From contig CAWGVS010000012.1 of NCBI GenBank assembly GCA_963826115.1, positions 192,001-256,000 on the forward strand: a stretch of 64,000 bases of DNA, given 5' to 3'. The notes under the pieces were generated by a model. The model was given only the letters and a program-made list of their open reading frames with translations, did no database searches and was not told the origin of the DNA. Origin of the DNA: an uncultured Candidatus Rokubacteria bacterium. Its GTDB lineage: Bacteria > Methylomirabilota > Methylomirabilia > Rokubacteriales > DASRDR01. The translations under genes were made by a program, and so were the position numbers. This document shows, piece after piece, positions 10,561-19,706 of this stretch (its first letter is position 1; each line of letters begins with the position of its first letter).

Positions 10561-12036
10561 ATGTGGGAACATTGCGCCAGCGGTCCTCGAAACGTTCACA
10601 TACCTCAGGAAGAGCCGATCTTCAGACGTGCTGAGCTGAGCCGACTGCGCATAGGAATTCTTGCGCTCGGCGCGACCCTGTCTGCTCTGCAGGGACTACC
10701 AGCGGCCGGGGCAGAGGAAATCGATCCGCCTGCGGAGCAAGCGACGAGTCTTCCACCGGTGCTCCCGCCACCCGCCTTTCTCGCCAACAGAGCTCCCCTG
10801 CCGGATCTACTCCTCAAGGACAAGCGGGAAAACCGATACTTTACCGGCTTTCCGGCATTCGGCTGGAGTCCGGAGACCGGAGTCACTTACGGCGCCGCCG
10901 TGCAGTGGTTCGACAATGGCCCCGCCGATAGCCCGTTCTTTCGCTACACGCCTTACCGCCAGCGTTTCGCAGTGGCAGCAACCAACAGCACCGGCGGCTC
11001 GACCAGTCTGGTCATTGGATACGACAGGCCTTACGTTGCCGACTCTCCGTGGCGCATTCGCGCGGCGGGCGTCTTCGACCAAAACAAGTCCGAGAACTAT
11101 TTCGGTATCGGCGCATCGACCCTCGGCCCGCTGACGTTCCCGGGCTCATTCAAGCGATACGACGATTGGGACGAATACGAGCACGCGCTGAATCAGAACG
11201 TCGGAGGCCAAACCTGGGCCCGCTACAACGACTACCGCAAGACGGAGGTCGGCGGACTGGTGACTGTCGAGCGGGACTTCTGGGGTGGCTGGCTCCGACC
11301 CCAAATGGGCTTGCAGATCACGCACGTGGACGTGCGGGACTACACCGGCGACACCATCGACGGCGCGGTCATGCAGCCTACCCGGCTCTTCACCGACCAC
11401 CAGGCCGGCAAGGTCACCGGCTTTCGCGGCGGCTGGGACAACGCGCTGAAGATTGGCTTGACCTTCGATTCCCGTGACTTCGAGCCGGATCCGGCTTCGG
11501 GAGTCATGCTTCAGGCCGTGGGCCGCGTGTCGAGCGAAGCACTGGGATCGGCGTTCAACTATCAGCAAGTCACCCTCAGCGCGCGCGGATACCACAATTT
11601 TCTCGGCAATTCCGGGCGCCTCATCCTGGCCGGGCGTCTGACCTACGCCATGCAATTCGGCGACGTACCCTTCTACTCCGCTCCGATCATTCCGTTCACC
11701 GACGGCGACGCCGATGGTCTGGGCGGCCACGCCACTCTGCGCGGATTCGTCACGGATCGGTTCGTCGGCCGCGCCGCCGCGTATGCAAACGGCGAATTGA
11801 GGTGGAGCTTCGGCGAAAGGATGCTGTGGAATCAACATCTCCGGTTTATGCTCGTGCCGTTCATCGATGCCGGCCGCGTCTTCGATTCGATAGGCGACAC
11901 GACCCTCGAGAATTGGAAGTTCGACGGTGGAATCGGTTTCCGCCTGGCGTGGAATGTCTCGACCATCGTGAGCTTCGATTTCGGCCGGTCGAGCGAAGGC
12001 AGTATCTTCTACATGCTTCTGGGCCACCAGTTTTGA
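10561..12036 (+). CDS. Omp85/BamA-TamA-like surface-antigen beta-barrel without POTRA domains (start uncertain)
   Basis: Signal-like IGILALGATLSALQG, FDSRD, LGGHATLRGF..DRF (loop-6 motif) and C-terminal LGHQF. Confidence 0.8.
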   Translation: MWEHCASGPRNVHIPQEEPIFRRAELSRLRIGILALGATLSALQGLPAAGAEEIDPPAEQATSLPPVLPPPAFLANRAPLPDLLLKDKRENRYFTGFPAFGWSPETGVTYGAAVQWFDNGPADSPFFRYTPYRQRFAVAATNSTGGSTSLVIGYDRPYVADSPWRIRAAGVFDQNKSENYFGIGASTLGPLTFPGSFKRYDDWDEYEHALNQNVGGQTWARYNDYRKTEVGGLVTVERDFWGGWLRPQMGLQITHVDVRDYTGDTIDGAVMQPTRLFTDHQAGKVTGFRGGWDNALKIGLTFDSRDFEPDPASGVMLQAVGRVSSEALGSAFNYQQVTLSARGYHNFLGNSGRLILAGRLTYAMQFGDVPFYSAPIIPFTDGDADGLGGHATLRGFVTDRFVGRAAAYANGELRWSFGERMLWNQHLRFMLVPFIDAGRVFDSIGDTTLENWKFDGGIGFRLAWNVSTIVSFDFGRSSEGSIFYMLLGHQF

Positions 12037-12287
12037 TCCCGACGACTGCGGATCGGTGTAGACCCTGTCGTCGCATCTCGTGCTTCTGGATTCCGTTCCC
12101 GACCACCGGACTCCGCCAGGAACCTATCCATCACCCGGCGCTCTCAACGACGGGCCACCGCGACCGCGGACACGAACCGGCCGGCGGCGGTGCGCCATGG
12201 CCCCGGCGGCGGCCGAGGGACGGGAGGTCCGGCAAGGAGGCGGAGAGACGTGTCTGGCTTGGCCGCTGCCTAGTGAGGAGGGATCCC

Positions 12288-13106
12288 TTGGGTGCCCGGA
12301 CGCTCGTCGTCGCGATCGCAGCGCTGTCCGTGTTCGCCGTTTCGGCGGGACCAGCCCGCGCGCAGGACGCCCTCCTGCCGGCCTCCTTGCCCGAGGGGAA
12401 CCTCGTGGCCATCGGCGTCGGCATGTATCCCGACTACATCGGATCGGACGACTACACCGTCGGTGCGATCCCGCTGGTGCGCTACCAGTTCTGGGGAAAG
12501 CGGGACGTTCAGCTGATCGGGAACGTGCTGAACGTGAACCTGCTCGATTCGGGCGGCTGGCGTCTCGGGCCTTCGGGCATGCTGCGGTTCGGGCGGTCGG
12601 ACGTGAAGGACGACGTCGTCGACCGGGTGCACGACGTCGATCCGTCCATCGATCTCGGCGCCTTTGCGGGTTACACGTGGGTCGACCCGAACGAGCCACG
12701 GTTCCGCGCGGGCACCACCGCGTGGGTCCTGGCCGATGTCACCGACAGCCACGGGGGCTGGACCGCCGGCGCCAACGTCTTTGCTGCCTACCCGGTTCTG
12801 AAGGCGCTGACCCTCATCGGGGGTGGAGCCTTTACCTACGGCAGCGGCTCGTACATGTCCTCGTACTTCGGCGTGACGCCCGCCGACTCCCAGGCCAGCG
12901 GGCTGAGCGTCTACCAGCCGGACGCCGGGATTCGCGACGTGCGTGGCTGGCTGGTCGCCCTCGTTCACCTGAGTCCACGCTGGACGATCGGTGGCGGCGT
13001 CTTCTACTCCTGGCTCGCGGACGAGGCGGCGCGGAGTCCCATCGTTTCGGAGCGTGGCTCGCGACACCAGTGGATCTTCGGCGCCGGCACGATGTACCTG
13101 TGGTGA
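12288..13106 (+). CDS. MipA/OmpV family outer-membrane protein
   Basis: Signal peptide (...GPARAQD), GVGMYPDYIGSDDY, YMSSYFGV, AARSPIV, terminal YLW; TTG start after GAGGAGG. Confidence 0.85.
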   Translation: MGARTLVVAIAALSVFAVSAGPARAQDALLPASLPEGNLVAIGVGMYPDYIGSDDYTVGAIPLVRYQFWGKRDVQLIGNVLNVNLLDSGGWRLGPSGMLRFGRSDVKDDVVDRVHDVDPSIDLGAFAGYTWVDPNEPRFRAGTTAWVLADVTDSHGGWTAGANVFAAYPVLKALTLIGGGAFTYGSGSYMSSYFGVTPADSQASGLSVYQPDAGIRDVRGWLVALVHLSPRWTIGGGVFYSWLADEAARSPIVSERGSRHQWIFGAGTMYLW

Positions 13107-13265
13107 GGCAACGGTGAACGACATGCGTCGGGTTCCAGTGACGTGGCGCCCGCTCCCCGCCGACGGCGAGACCGGCCGCCCTATCTGAGGGGCTGAAGGC
13201 CGCTGATCATCTCCTCCGGCATCCCCACGCCCGGGTGACGCCACTTCCGGAACCTGATACCTCGA

Positions 13266-13460
13266 ATGCGCGGGCCCAACTTCCTGGTGCTCGGTGTCGG
13301 GCGCGGTGGCACGACGACGCTCCATTCGTGGCGCGCGCGGAATCCGGACGTACTCGGGTCGCGCCCGAAAGAGGCCGCCTTCTCCGATCGCACCTGCGCC
13401 AAGGGCCTGGACGCGTGCTGGAGGGCTCACTTGTCGCACTGGTCGGGCGGCGCGCGGCCG
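13266..13460 (+). pseudogene. Degenerate N-terminal fragment of a sulfotransferase
   Basis: PNFLVLGVGRGGTTTLHSW...NPDV..SRPKEAAFSD....KGLD resembles the 5'-PSB motif region (compare PDLFIVGAPKCGTT...HPDIFMSPLKEPHFF at 46641). It runs into the convergent gene. Confidence 0.6.
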
Positions 13461-13493
13461 GGCGGCCGGCTCGGCTCCCGAGCTACGTGTCGA

Positions 13494-16064
13494 CTAGAAG
13501 CCGTGGGACAGGAAGAGCCCGAACTCCCAGATGTTCAGATCCTTCACGCCGAGGCTCATGTACGCGGCCTTCGCCTCGATGAAGGTGGAGCGCGTCACCA
13601 TGGCCCGCAGGCCGACGCGTACCAGGCCGCTCCACGCCGTGCTGTCGACGAGCTCCAGGTCGCTGGTCCGGATCTTTCCGTCGTTCGGCCGCTCGAACTC
13701 GTAGCTCGCGCCGACCTCGATGTACGGCACGAGGGGCATCCCACCCGGCGTGGTGAAGGTCCGGTTCACCTCCAAAGAGACGTCGGCGACCCCGAAATTG
13801 AAGCTGCTCTTCGGGGAGTGGAGCGAGACGAATCGTCCCCGGACGGTTCCCGTGGTGCTGTAGGCCTCGTTGTCGGTGTGGGCGTAGTAGACCGAAAGCG
13901 TCGGTCGCAAGGAGAATCCGAGCAGGTTGTAGTCGCCGCTCGCGCTCACCGACCCGGAGTACGTCAACGATGTGTAGCTCGCGTCGAGCGGACCGATCTC
14001 GTTGTCGTTCTGGGTCCAGCCGAAGCCCGGTGAGATGTTCAGCGTCCAGTGGGGCAGGATCTCGAAGGCCACGTACGGGCTCAGCGTGAGCCCGATCGAT
14101 TCGCTCTTCGAGATGCCATGGAACTGCTTCGTGTAGTTGTAGGCGATGCTCAGGTTGGCTCCGGCGACCAGGGTCCCGGTCAGGAGCCGGTCCAGGCCGA
14201 TCGTCACGTTCGCGCCATGTCCATCGATGTCGACACCGTGGCGATGGTCCGAGGTATCGGTGTACGTCCCGTCGACCGTCAGGTTCCACAAAGGCTGGAC
14301 GGCGAACTCGCGCCCCGGAGTCAGGGGAGGCCCGCTGCCGAATTGCCGCTCGTCCCCAGGCTGGAGGCGCCGAGTCTCGGGGGGGCAATCGAGTCGCCGG
14401 GTCTTGTCGTCCGTGGGCGGCACCTTCGGATCCCGCACCGCGTCCGGGTCCGGGCAGTCCGCCGAGGGCGCGGTGCGAGTGAGCAACTCTCGTCTCTCGA
14501 GAGGCGTCGTCGTTGCGGACGGAGGCGCCGCGCCCGTACTGCCCGGCGGGATCTCGCCCGCGGGCCGTAGCGCAACGGCCGGCGGGCTGACCGTGCCGGG
14601 GCCACCGGGAGTCGTGGGCACGCCAGGCGTCACGCCGCCGGGCCCAGTCGGGCCGCCGCCCGGCGGCAACGTTCCAACGGGCGGAGTCACGCCACCCGGA
14701 GCTCCAGGGCCACCGACGGGCGGCAGCGTGGGCATGAGGCCGCCGACGTTCGGACCACTGGGCCCGCCACCGGGGGGTAACGTGCCGATGGGGGGCGTCA
14801 CGCTACCGGGGCCGCTCGGCGGCAGCGTCCCGATCGGCGGCGTCACCCCACCGGGACCACTCGGCGGCAATGTCCCGATCGGCGGCGTCACCCCACCGGG
14901 ACCGCTTGGCGGCAACGTCCCGATCGGCGGCGTCACGCCACCCGGCCCACTCGGCGGCAGCGTGCCGATCGGCGGCGTCACGCCACCCGGCCCGCTCGGC
15001 GGCAACGTCCCGATCGGCGGCGTCACCCCACCCGGACCACTCGGTGGCAATGTCCCGATCGGCGGCGTCACCCCACCCGGCCCACTCGGCGGGAGCGTGC
15101 CGATCGGCGGCGTCACCCCGCCGGGGCCGCTCGGCGGCAACGTCCCGATCGGCGGCGTCACGCCACCGGGACCGCTTGGCGGCAACGTGCCGATCGGCGG
15201 CGTCACCCCGCCGGGGCCACCAGCTCCCCCACCGGGTGGCAGTGTCGGCATGAGTCCCGTCGGTGGCAACGTTGCGATCGGGGGCTGTACGCCACCCGGA
15301 CCACTCGGTGGCAATGTCCCGATCGGCGGCGTCACGCCACCGGGACCGCTTGGCGGCAACGTGCCGATCGGCGGCGTCACCCCGCCGGGGCCACCAGCTC
15401 CCCCACCGGGTGGCAGTGTCGGCATGAGTCCCGTCGGTGGCAACGTTGCGATCGGGGGCTGTACGCCACCCGGACCACTCGGTGGCAATGTCCCGATCGG
15501 CGGCGTCACGCCACCCGGACCACTCGGCGGCAGTGTGCCAATCGGCGGCGTCACGCCACCCGGACCACTCGGCGGCAACGTGCCAATCGGCGGCGTCACG
15601 CCACCCGGACCACTTGGTCCGCCGCTAGGCGGCAACGTGGGCATGAGTCCGGTCGGCGGCAACGTTGCGATCGGGGGCTGCACGCCGCCGGGACCACCCG
15701 GCGGCAACGTCCCGATCGGCGGCTGCACGCCACCGGGTCCACCAGCTCCACCACTGGGCGGCAGTGTCGGCATGAGTCCGGTCGGTGGCAATGTTGCGAT
15801 CGGGGGTTGCACGCCACCCGGGCCGCTCGGCGGCAACGTGCCGATGGGCGGCGTCACGCCACCCGGGCCGCCACCGGGCGGCAATGTCGGCATGAGGCCA
15901 GTCGGTGGCAACGTCGCGATCGGAGGTTGCAAGTGTCGACGGCCGGGTCCTGACGGGGACTGCGCGCCTACTTGACCTTTCGGATGACCGGCGGCTTCCA
16001 CGAGGGCCGTCGCGCATGCCTGCGGGCTCGCGTCGCGCGGACCGTCGCCGTCAACCAGCGTCAC
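13494..16064 (-). CDS. Autotransporter-like protein: Pro/Gly/Thr repeat passenger plus C-terminal beta-barrel
   Basis: About 270-aa amphipathic barrel ending GLFLSHGF and a long tandem-repeat region. The in-frame GTG at 16064 overlaps the stop of the upstream gene; start uncertain. Confidence 0.75.
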   Translation of the reverse strand: MTLVDGDGPRDASPQACATALVEAAGHPKGQVGAQSPSGPGRRHLQPPIATLPPTGLMPTLPPGGGPGGVTPPIGTLPPSGPGGVQPPIATLPPTGLMPTLPPSGGAGGPGGVQPPIGTLPPGGPGGVQPPIATLPPTGLMPTLPPSGGPSGPGGVTPPIGTLPPSGPGGVTPPIGTLPPSGPGGVTPPIGTLPPSGPGGVQPPIATLPPTGLMPTLPPGGGAGGPGGVTPPIGTLPPSGPGGVTPPIGTLPPSGPGGVQPPIATLPPTGLMPTLPPGGGAGGPGGVTPPIGTLPPSGPGGVTPPIGTLPPSGPGGVTPPIGTLPPSGPGGVTPPIGTLPPSGPGGVTPPIGTLPPSGPGGVTPPIGTLPPSGPGGVTPPIGTLPPSGPGGVTPPIGTLPPSGPGGVTPPIGTLPPSGPGSVTPPIGTLPPGGGPSGPNVGGLMPTLPPVGGPGAPGGVTPPVGTLPPGGGPTGPGGVTPGVPTTPGGPGTVSPPAVALRPAGEIPPGSTGAAPPSATTTPLERRELLTRTAPSADCPDPDAVRDPKVPPTDDKTRRLDCPPETRRLQPGDERQFGSGPPLTPGREFAVQPLWNLTVDGTYTDTSDHRHGVDIDGHGANVTIGLDRLLTGTLVAGANLSIAYNYTKQFHGISKSESIGLTLSPYVAFEILPHWTLNISPGFGWTQNDNEIGPLDASYTSLTYSGSVSASGDYNLLGFSLRPTLSVYYAHTDNEAYSTTGTVRGRFVSLHSPKSSFNFGVADVSLEVNRTFTTPGGMPLVPYIEVGASYEFERPNDGKIRTSDLELVDSTAWSGLVRVGLRAMVTRSTFIEAKAAYMSLGVKDLNIWEFGLFLSHGF
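14620..15930 (-). repeat. Intragenic tandem repeats: 45-bp unit (GGVTPPIGTLPPSGP) interspersed with a longer unit (GGVQPPIATLPPTGLMPTLPPxGG..GP)
   Basis: Visible in both DNA and protein; synonymous positions vary between copies. Confidence 0.95.
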
Positions 16065-16534
16065 GGGCCGGACGGGATCTCCGGCTCCACCACGTGAGCG
16101 AGGAGCGACAGGGATTCCTGCCAGCCCAGGTAGCACGCCTCGACGGGGATCTGCGGCGGGAGGCCCTCCTGCACGATGGTCAGCTCGGTTCCCACCATGA
16201 CCTTCTTGAGGTCGACGGTGACGTGGATCGTGCCGGGCAGGCTGGGATCGTCGAACTGGTCCGTGTAGCGGAGCCGCTGATGGGGCGTGAGCTCGATGAA
16301 GGTGCCGCCGAAGCGGTGCGTCTGCCCCGTCCCGAAGTTCGTGAAGCTCATGTGGTACTTGCCGCCCACGGTGGCGTCCATGCGGTCCACCTTGGCCGTG
16401 AAGCCGTGCGGCGGCAGCCACTTCACCATCGCCTCGGGGTCGAGGAAGGCCTTGTACACTCGCTCGGGCGGCGCCTTGAGGATCCGGTGCAGGCGCACCG
16501 TCCCGGTGGTCTTGCCGGTCGACTTGTCGCTCAT
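16061..16534 (-). CDS. SRPBCC/AHSA1 (START-like) domain protein
   Basis: VRLHRILKAPPERVYKAFLDP..MVKWLPP...GWQESL; RBS AAGGAG upstream of the ATG. Confidence 0.9.
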   Translation of the reverse strand: MSDKSTGKTTGTVRLHRILKAPPERVYKAFLDPEAMVKWLPPHGFTAKVDRMDATVGGKYHMSFTNFGTGQTHRFGGTFIELTPHQRLRYTDQFDDPSLPGTIHVTVDLKKVMVGTELTIVQEGLPPQIPVEACYLGWQESLSLLAHVVEPEIPSGP

Positions 16535-16576
16535 GTCATCGTCTCCTTGGGTCATTTTCGGGTGGGATCCCGCGGC

Positions 16577-16890
16577 TCACCGATGCGCGACGCATGCGCA
16601 CGCCGGCCGGTGGTATCGGCCGGCGACTTCCACGACACCGCTCCGGCCGTAGGTGCTCCTCGGTCGCAGCGAGTCCGCGAGCGTGTTGCAGCGTCCGTTC
16701 TTCTCCGCCCCTTCGGCGTCGCGTCGACGTACCGATAGATGCCGAGGAACTCTTCGCCGCCGCGCCCGTACGTGGAATAGGTGTGGAGGATCTGTAGCTG
16801 TCGCCGGGCAGGTCCTCGAGCCCAGGGTCCCCGTCCTCATGATTGTAGAACGCGCGGCCCGCAGCGAGCTGTTCCGGTTTGAAGGAGATG
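16577..16890 (-). pseudogene. Frameshifted C-terminal fragment of a DUF899 (thioredoxin-like) gene
   Basis: Across frames: SFKPEQLAAGRAFYN..DPGLEDLPGDS / ILHTYSTYGRGGEEFLGIYRYVDATPKGR / GRYHRPACAC. Confidence 0.7.
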
Positions 16891-17155
16891 CCATCACGGC
16901 TTCTCTCGATGACTAGTCGACGGGACCCCGTCTCATTCGACATGGCTGCATCCCTCCGGCGGGAGGCCTTGGTGGCGGGATTGAGTCCGGCACGCCCCGG
17001 TCGGACGATGGCCCCGAAATCGACGCGCGCCGTCGCCAGGCGGCTCGCAGCAGGGTGGCGTCAGTCGCGAAATCGGAGGCCAATGATCCCAGGCGCCTTG
17101 ACGGTCTTCGTCTACAGACCGCGGTACTCCGTCGCGCCGGCGGAGCGTTCCAGAT

Positions 17156-17262
17156 GTGAGGTGGCCGAGGGTCTTCACGGTGCTGAGGTTGACGACCGGC
17201 GCGAACTTCGTGGGCTGCTCGACCGCAGATCACACGGCGAGGCGCCGCTGAGAATCCTCGGC
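17156..17262 (-). pseudogene. Fossil C-terminus of an ABC substrate-binding protein (ABC_sub_bind family)
   Basis: Reverse strand reads RILSGASPCDL / VEQPTKFAPVVNLSTVKTLG, matching the family motif [32 protein letters not shown], with a frameshift. Confidence 0.7.
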
Positions 17263-17279
17263 CGCGGACGCCCGACGGC

Positions 17280-17804
17280 CTACGGGGTTGCGCGCAAGCG
17301 GAGCGTGCCGCCGGCGTAGACGAGCTCGAGCTCGCCCTCCCTCTGGACGTAGCCCGATACGCTCGTGAGCGCGGCCGCGAACTGGTCGCCCAGCGAGGGC
17401 GGGGCGCAGGCGGCGAGGGTGCAGGCCATGGCAGGATTGACGGTCAGGGAGGCGCCCGCCACCCGGTACCGACCGGCGCAGCGATTGCAATCGACGCGGG
17501 CGCTGAGCGCGCCGTCCGCGCCGAACCGCACGGTGTAGCGGGAGGGATCGGCCACGGTCACGGCCGGACCGGCGCTGGGCTCGATGCTCACGAGCTGCCA
17601 CTCCACGTCCGTTCGGAGAGGAACGGCCTCCGGACCCGTTCCGCCGCCGCCGCTGCACCCCCCGATGGCCAGCGTCGTCACGAGGCACAGGCGCGCCAGT
17701 CGGCCGCGGCCGCGCCGCACGGCCCCTTCGACCGCAGGCGATCCCCCGGGGCTCGCGGGCGCCGCGCGCCGACACGCTGTCATCGCCCCTTCACGCGCAT
17801 CCAT
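17280..17804 (-). CDS. META-domain (HslJ-like) lipoprotein
   Basis: Lipobox-like AIGGC, EWQLVSI, DCNRCAGRY, MACTLAAC; start uncertain. Confidence 0.8.
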   Translation of the reverse strand: MDAREGAMTACRRAAPASPGGSPAVEGAVRRGRGRLARLCLVTTLAIGGCSGGGGTGPEAVPLRTDVEWQLVSIEPSAGPAVTVADPSRYTVRFGADGALSARVDCNRCAGRYRVAGASLTVNPAMACTLAACAPPSLGDQFAAALTSVSGYVQREGELELVYAGGTLRLRATP

Positions 17805-17937
17805 CCGCTGCTAGGCTAACAAGAGAGTCAAGGATATCGGTGGGGCCTCTGCCCAGCCGGGCTCCGGACGGTCGATTTCTCGACGCCCCGAGCGACTAAC
17901 TGGCGGAGCGGGTCTCTCACCCACGCCTGGAGGGCTC

Positions 17938-18297
17938 ATGCGCTACGTCGACGGCTACGTGCTACCGGTGGCCAGAAAGCACCTCGGAACCTATCTCAGC
18001 GTCGCCCGGAAGGCCGGCAAGGTCTGGCGAGAGCACGGCGCGCTCGAGTACCGCGAAAGCGTCGGCGACGACCTGAAGGTCAAGTGGGGCGCCTTGTTTC
18101 CGCGAATGGTCCGGGCCAAGCCCGGCGAGACCGTCGTGTTCTCGTGGATCGTGTTCAAGTCCCGAGCTCATCGCGATCGGGTCAATGCCAGGGTCATGAA
18201 GGACTCCCGGATGGCCACCATGATGGAGAAGGACGCCATGCCCTTCGACATGAAGCGCATGGTCTACGGCGGGTTCAAGGTCCTGGTCGACGCCTGA
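17938..18297 (+). CDS. DUF1428 (YbaA-like) protein
   Basis: YVDGYVLPV...HGALEYRE..GDD...ETVVFSWI...MPFDMKRMVYGGF. Confidence 0.9.
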   Translation: MRYVDGYVLPVARKHLGTYLSVARKAGKVWREHGALEYRESVGDDLKVKWGALFPRMVRAKPGETVVFSWIVFKSRAHRDRVNARVMKDSRMATMMEKDAMPFDMKRMVYGGFKVLVDA

Positions 18298-18652
18298 GCG
18301 CCCGACCCGGCGGGCGCCGAGGCGCCTGGCTTTCGTGGCACACTCGTCGACGCTCCCGACGCCGATGTCGCGCGCTCGGCGCGATGGCCGCCCTCGCGAC
18401 GGACCTGGGTCCGGTATCGGCACCCGCTGCCGCTCGTGCTCACGGCCCCGCCGTGCGGGCGGGCGCTGCGCTCCACGAGCGCGGCCGATGATCGCCGGCT
18501 GGCGGCGGCTGGAGCGTTCCGGTACCCTGAGTCAAAGGGCTGGTCAGCCTCCCCTCCGAGGGACTCGCAACGCCGCGAGATCATCACGCGGGAGGAGTCC
18601 GGCCGCTCGAGACTGGAGCGGCCGCGCCGCTCGCAAAACAGGAGAGACGGGC

Positions 18653-19675
18653 ATGAACGTGGAGATCCTGGAGGCGACCGCCCGGGCGCTCGTGGCCCCG
18701 GGCAAGGGCATCCTCGCGGCCGACGAGAGCCTGCCCAGCATCGGGCGCCGGTTCGAGGCGTTGGGCATCCCGAACACCGAGGACGCCCGCCGCCGTTACC
18801 GGCAGATGCTCCTCACGACGCCGGGCGCGGCGGACCACGTGAGCGGCGTCATCCTGTTCGACGAGACGATCCGCCAGAAGGCGGACGACGGGACGCCGCT
18901 GGTCGAGATGCTGTCGCGCCAGGGGATCATTCCCGGGATCAAGGTCGACCGCGGCGCCAAGCCCCTCGCCGGCGCGCCCGCTGAGCAGGTGACGGAGGGC
19001 CTCGACGGGCTCCGCGAGCGGCTGGCGGAGTACACGGCGCTGGGCGCCCGCTTCGCCAAGTGGCGCGCCGTGATCGGCATCGGCCCGGGCCTGCCGACGG
19101 ACCGCGCGATCCTGGCGAACGCCCACGCGCTGGTGCGCTACGCCGCGCTCTGCCAGGAGGCCGGCGTGGTGCCGATCGTCGAGCCCGAGGTGCTCATGGA
19201 CGGGGACCACCCGATCGAGCGCTGCTTCGAGGTGACGGAGACCACGCTCCGCACGGTGTTCCACCTCCTTCCGGAGCAGGGCGTCGTGCTGGAGGGCATG
19301 CTGCTCAAGCCGAACATGGTGGTCCCCGGCAAGAACTGTCCACGCCAGGCGAGCGTCGAGGAGGTGGCGAGCGCCACCGTCCGCTGCCTCCGGCGCACGG
19401 TGCCGGCCGCGGTGCCGGGCGTAGTCTTCCTGTCCGGCGGTCAGAGCGAGGAGCGCGCCACCGCCCACCTGAACGCGATGAACGCCATGGGGTCCCACCC
19501 GTGGGCCCTCAGCTTCTCCTACGGTCGCGCGCTCCAGGACTCGGCTCTCCGCGCGTGGCGGGGCGATCCGGCGCGCGTGGCGGCCGGGCAGCAGGCGTAC
19601 CTCCACCGCGCGCGCATGAACGGCGCCGCCCGGCAGGGGCGATATACCTCCGACCTGGAGCGCGCGGCCGCCTAG
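18653..19675 (+). CDS. fba: Fructose-bisphosphate aldolase class I (eukaryote-type)
   Basis: GKGILAADES, GIKVDRG, FAKWRAV, VPIVEPEV, LLKPNMV (Schiff-base Lys), FLSGGQS and SFSYGRALQ. Confidence 0.95.
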   Translation: MNVEILEATARALVAPGKGILAADESLPSIGRRFEALGIPNTEDARRRYRQMLLTTPGAADHVSGVILFDETIRQKADDGTPLVEMLSRQGIIPGIKVDRGAKPLAGAPAEQVTEGLDGLRERLAEYTALGARFAKWRAVIGIGPGLPTDRAILANAHALVRYAALCQEAGVVPIVEPEVLMDGDHPIERCFEVTETTLRTVFHLLPEQGVVLEGMLLKPNMVVPGKNCPRQASVEEVASATVRCLRRTVPAAVPGVVFLSGGQSEERATAHLNAMNAMGSHPWALSFSYGRALQDSALRAWRGDPARVAAGQQAYLHRARMNGAARQGRYTSDLERAAA

Positions 19676-19706
19676 CGCGGCGGCGATTCCGGGGAACGCT
19701 CCGCCC

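Noticed and set aside
14620-15930. Possible CRISPR array
   Set aside because: Contiguous in-frame coding repeats without unique spacers; no cas genes in the window.
14146-15975. 609-aa antisense repeat ORF (GGVTPPGPLGGNVPI)n
   Set aside because: Mirror of the autotransporter repeats. Gly/Pro codons are mutually complementary, so the opposite strand stays open; it has no domain or RBS.
8177-17800. Intact prophage or ICE at tRNA-Phe
   Set aside because: No integrase, relaxase, or structural or conjugation genes are visible; only relics remain.
18297-18400. Possible VOC/glyoxalase fragment on the minus strand (IGVGSVDECATKARRLGA)
   Set aside because: Too short to support without a search.
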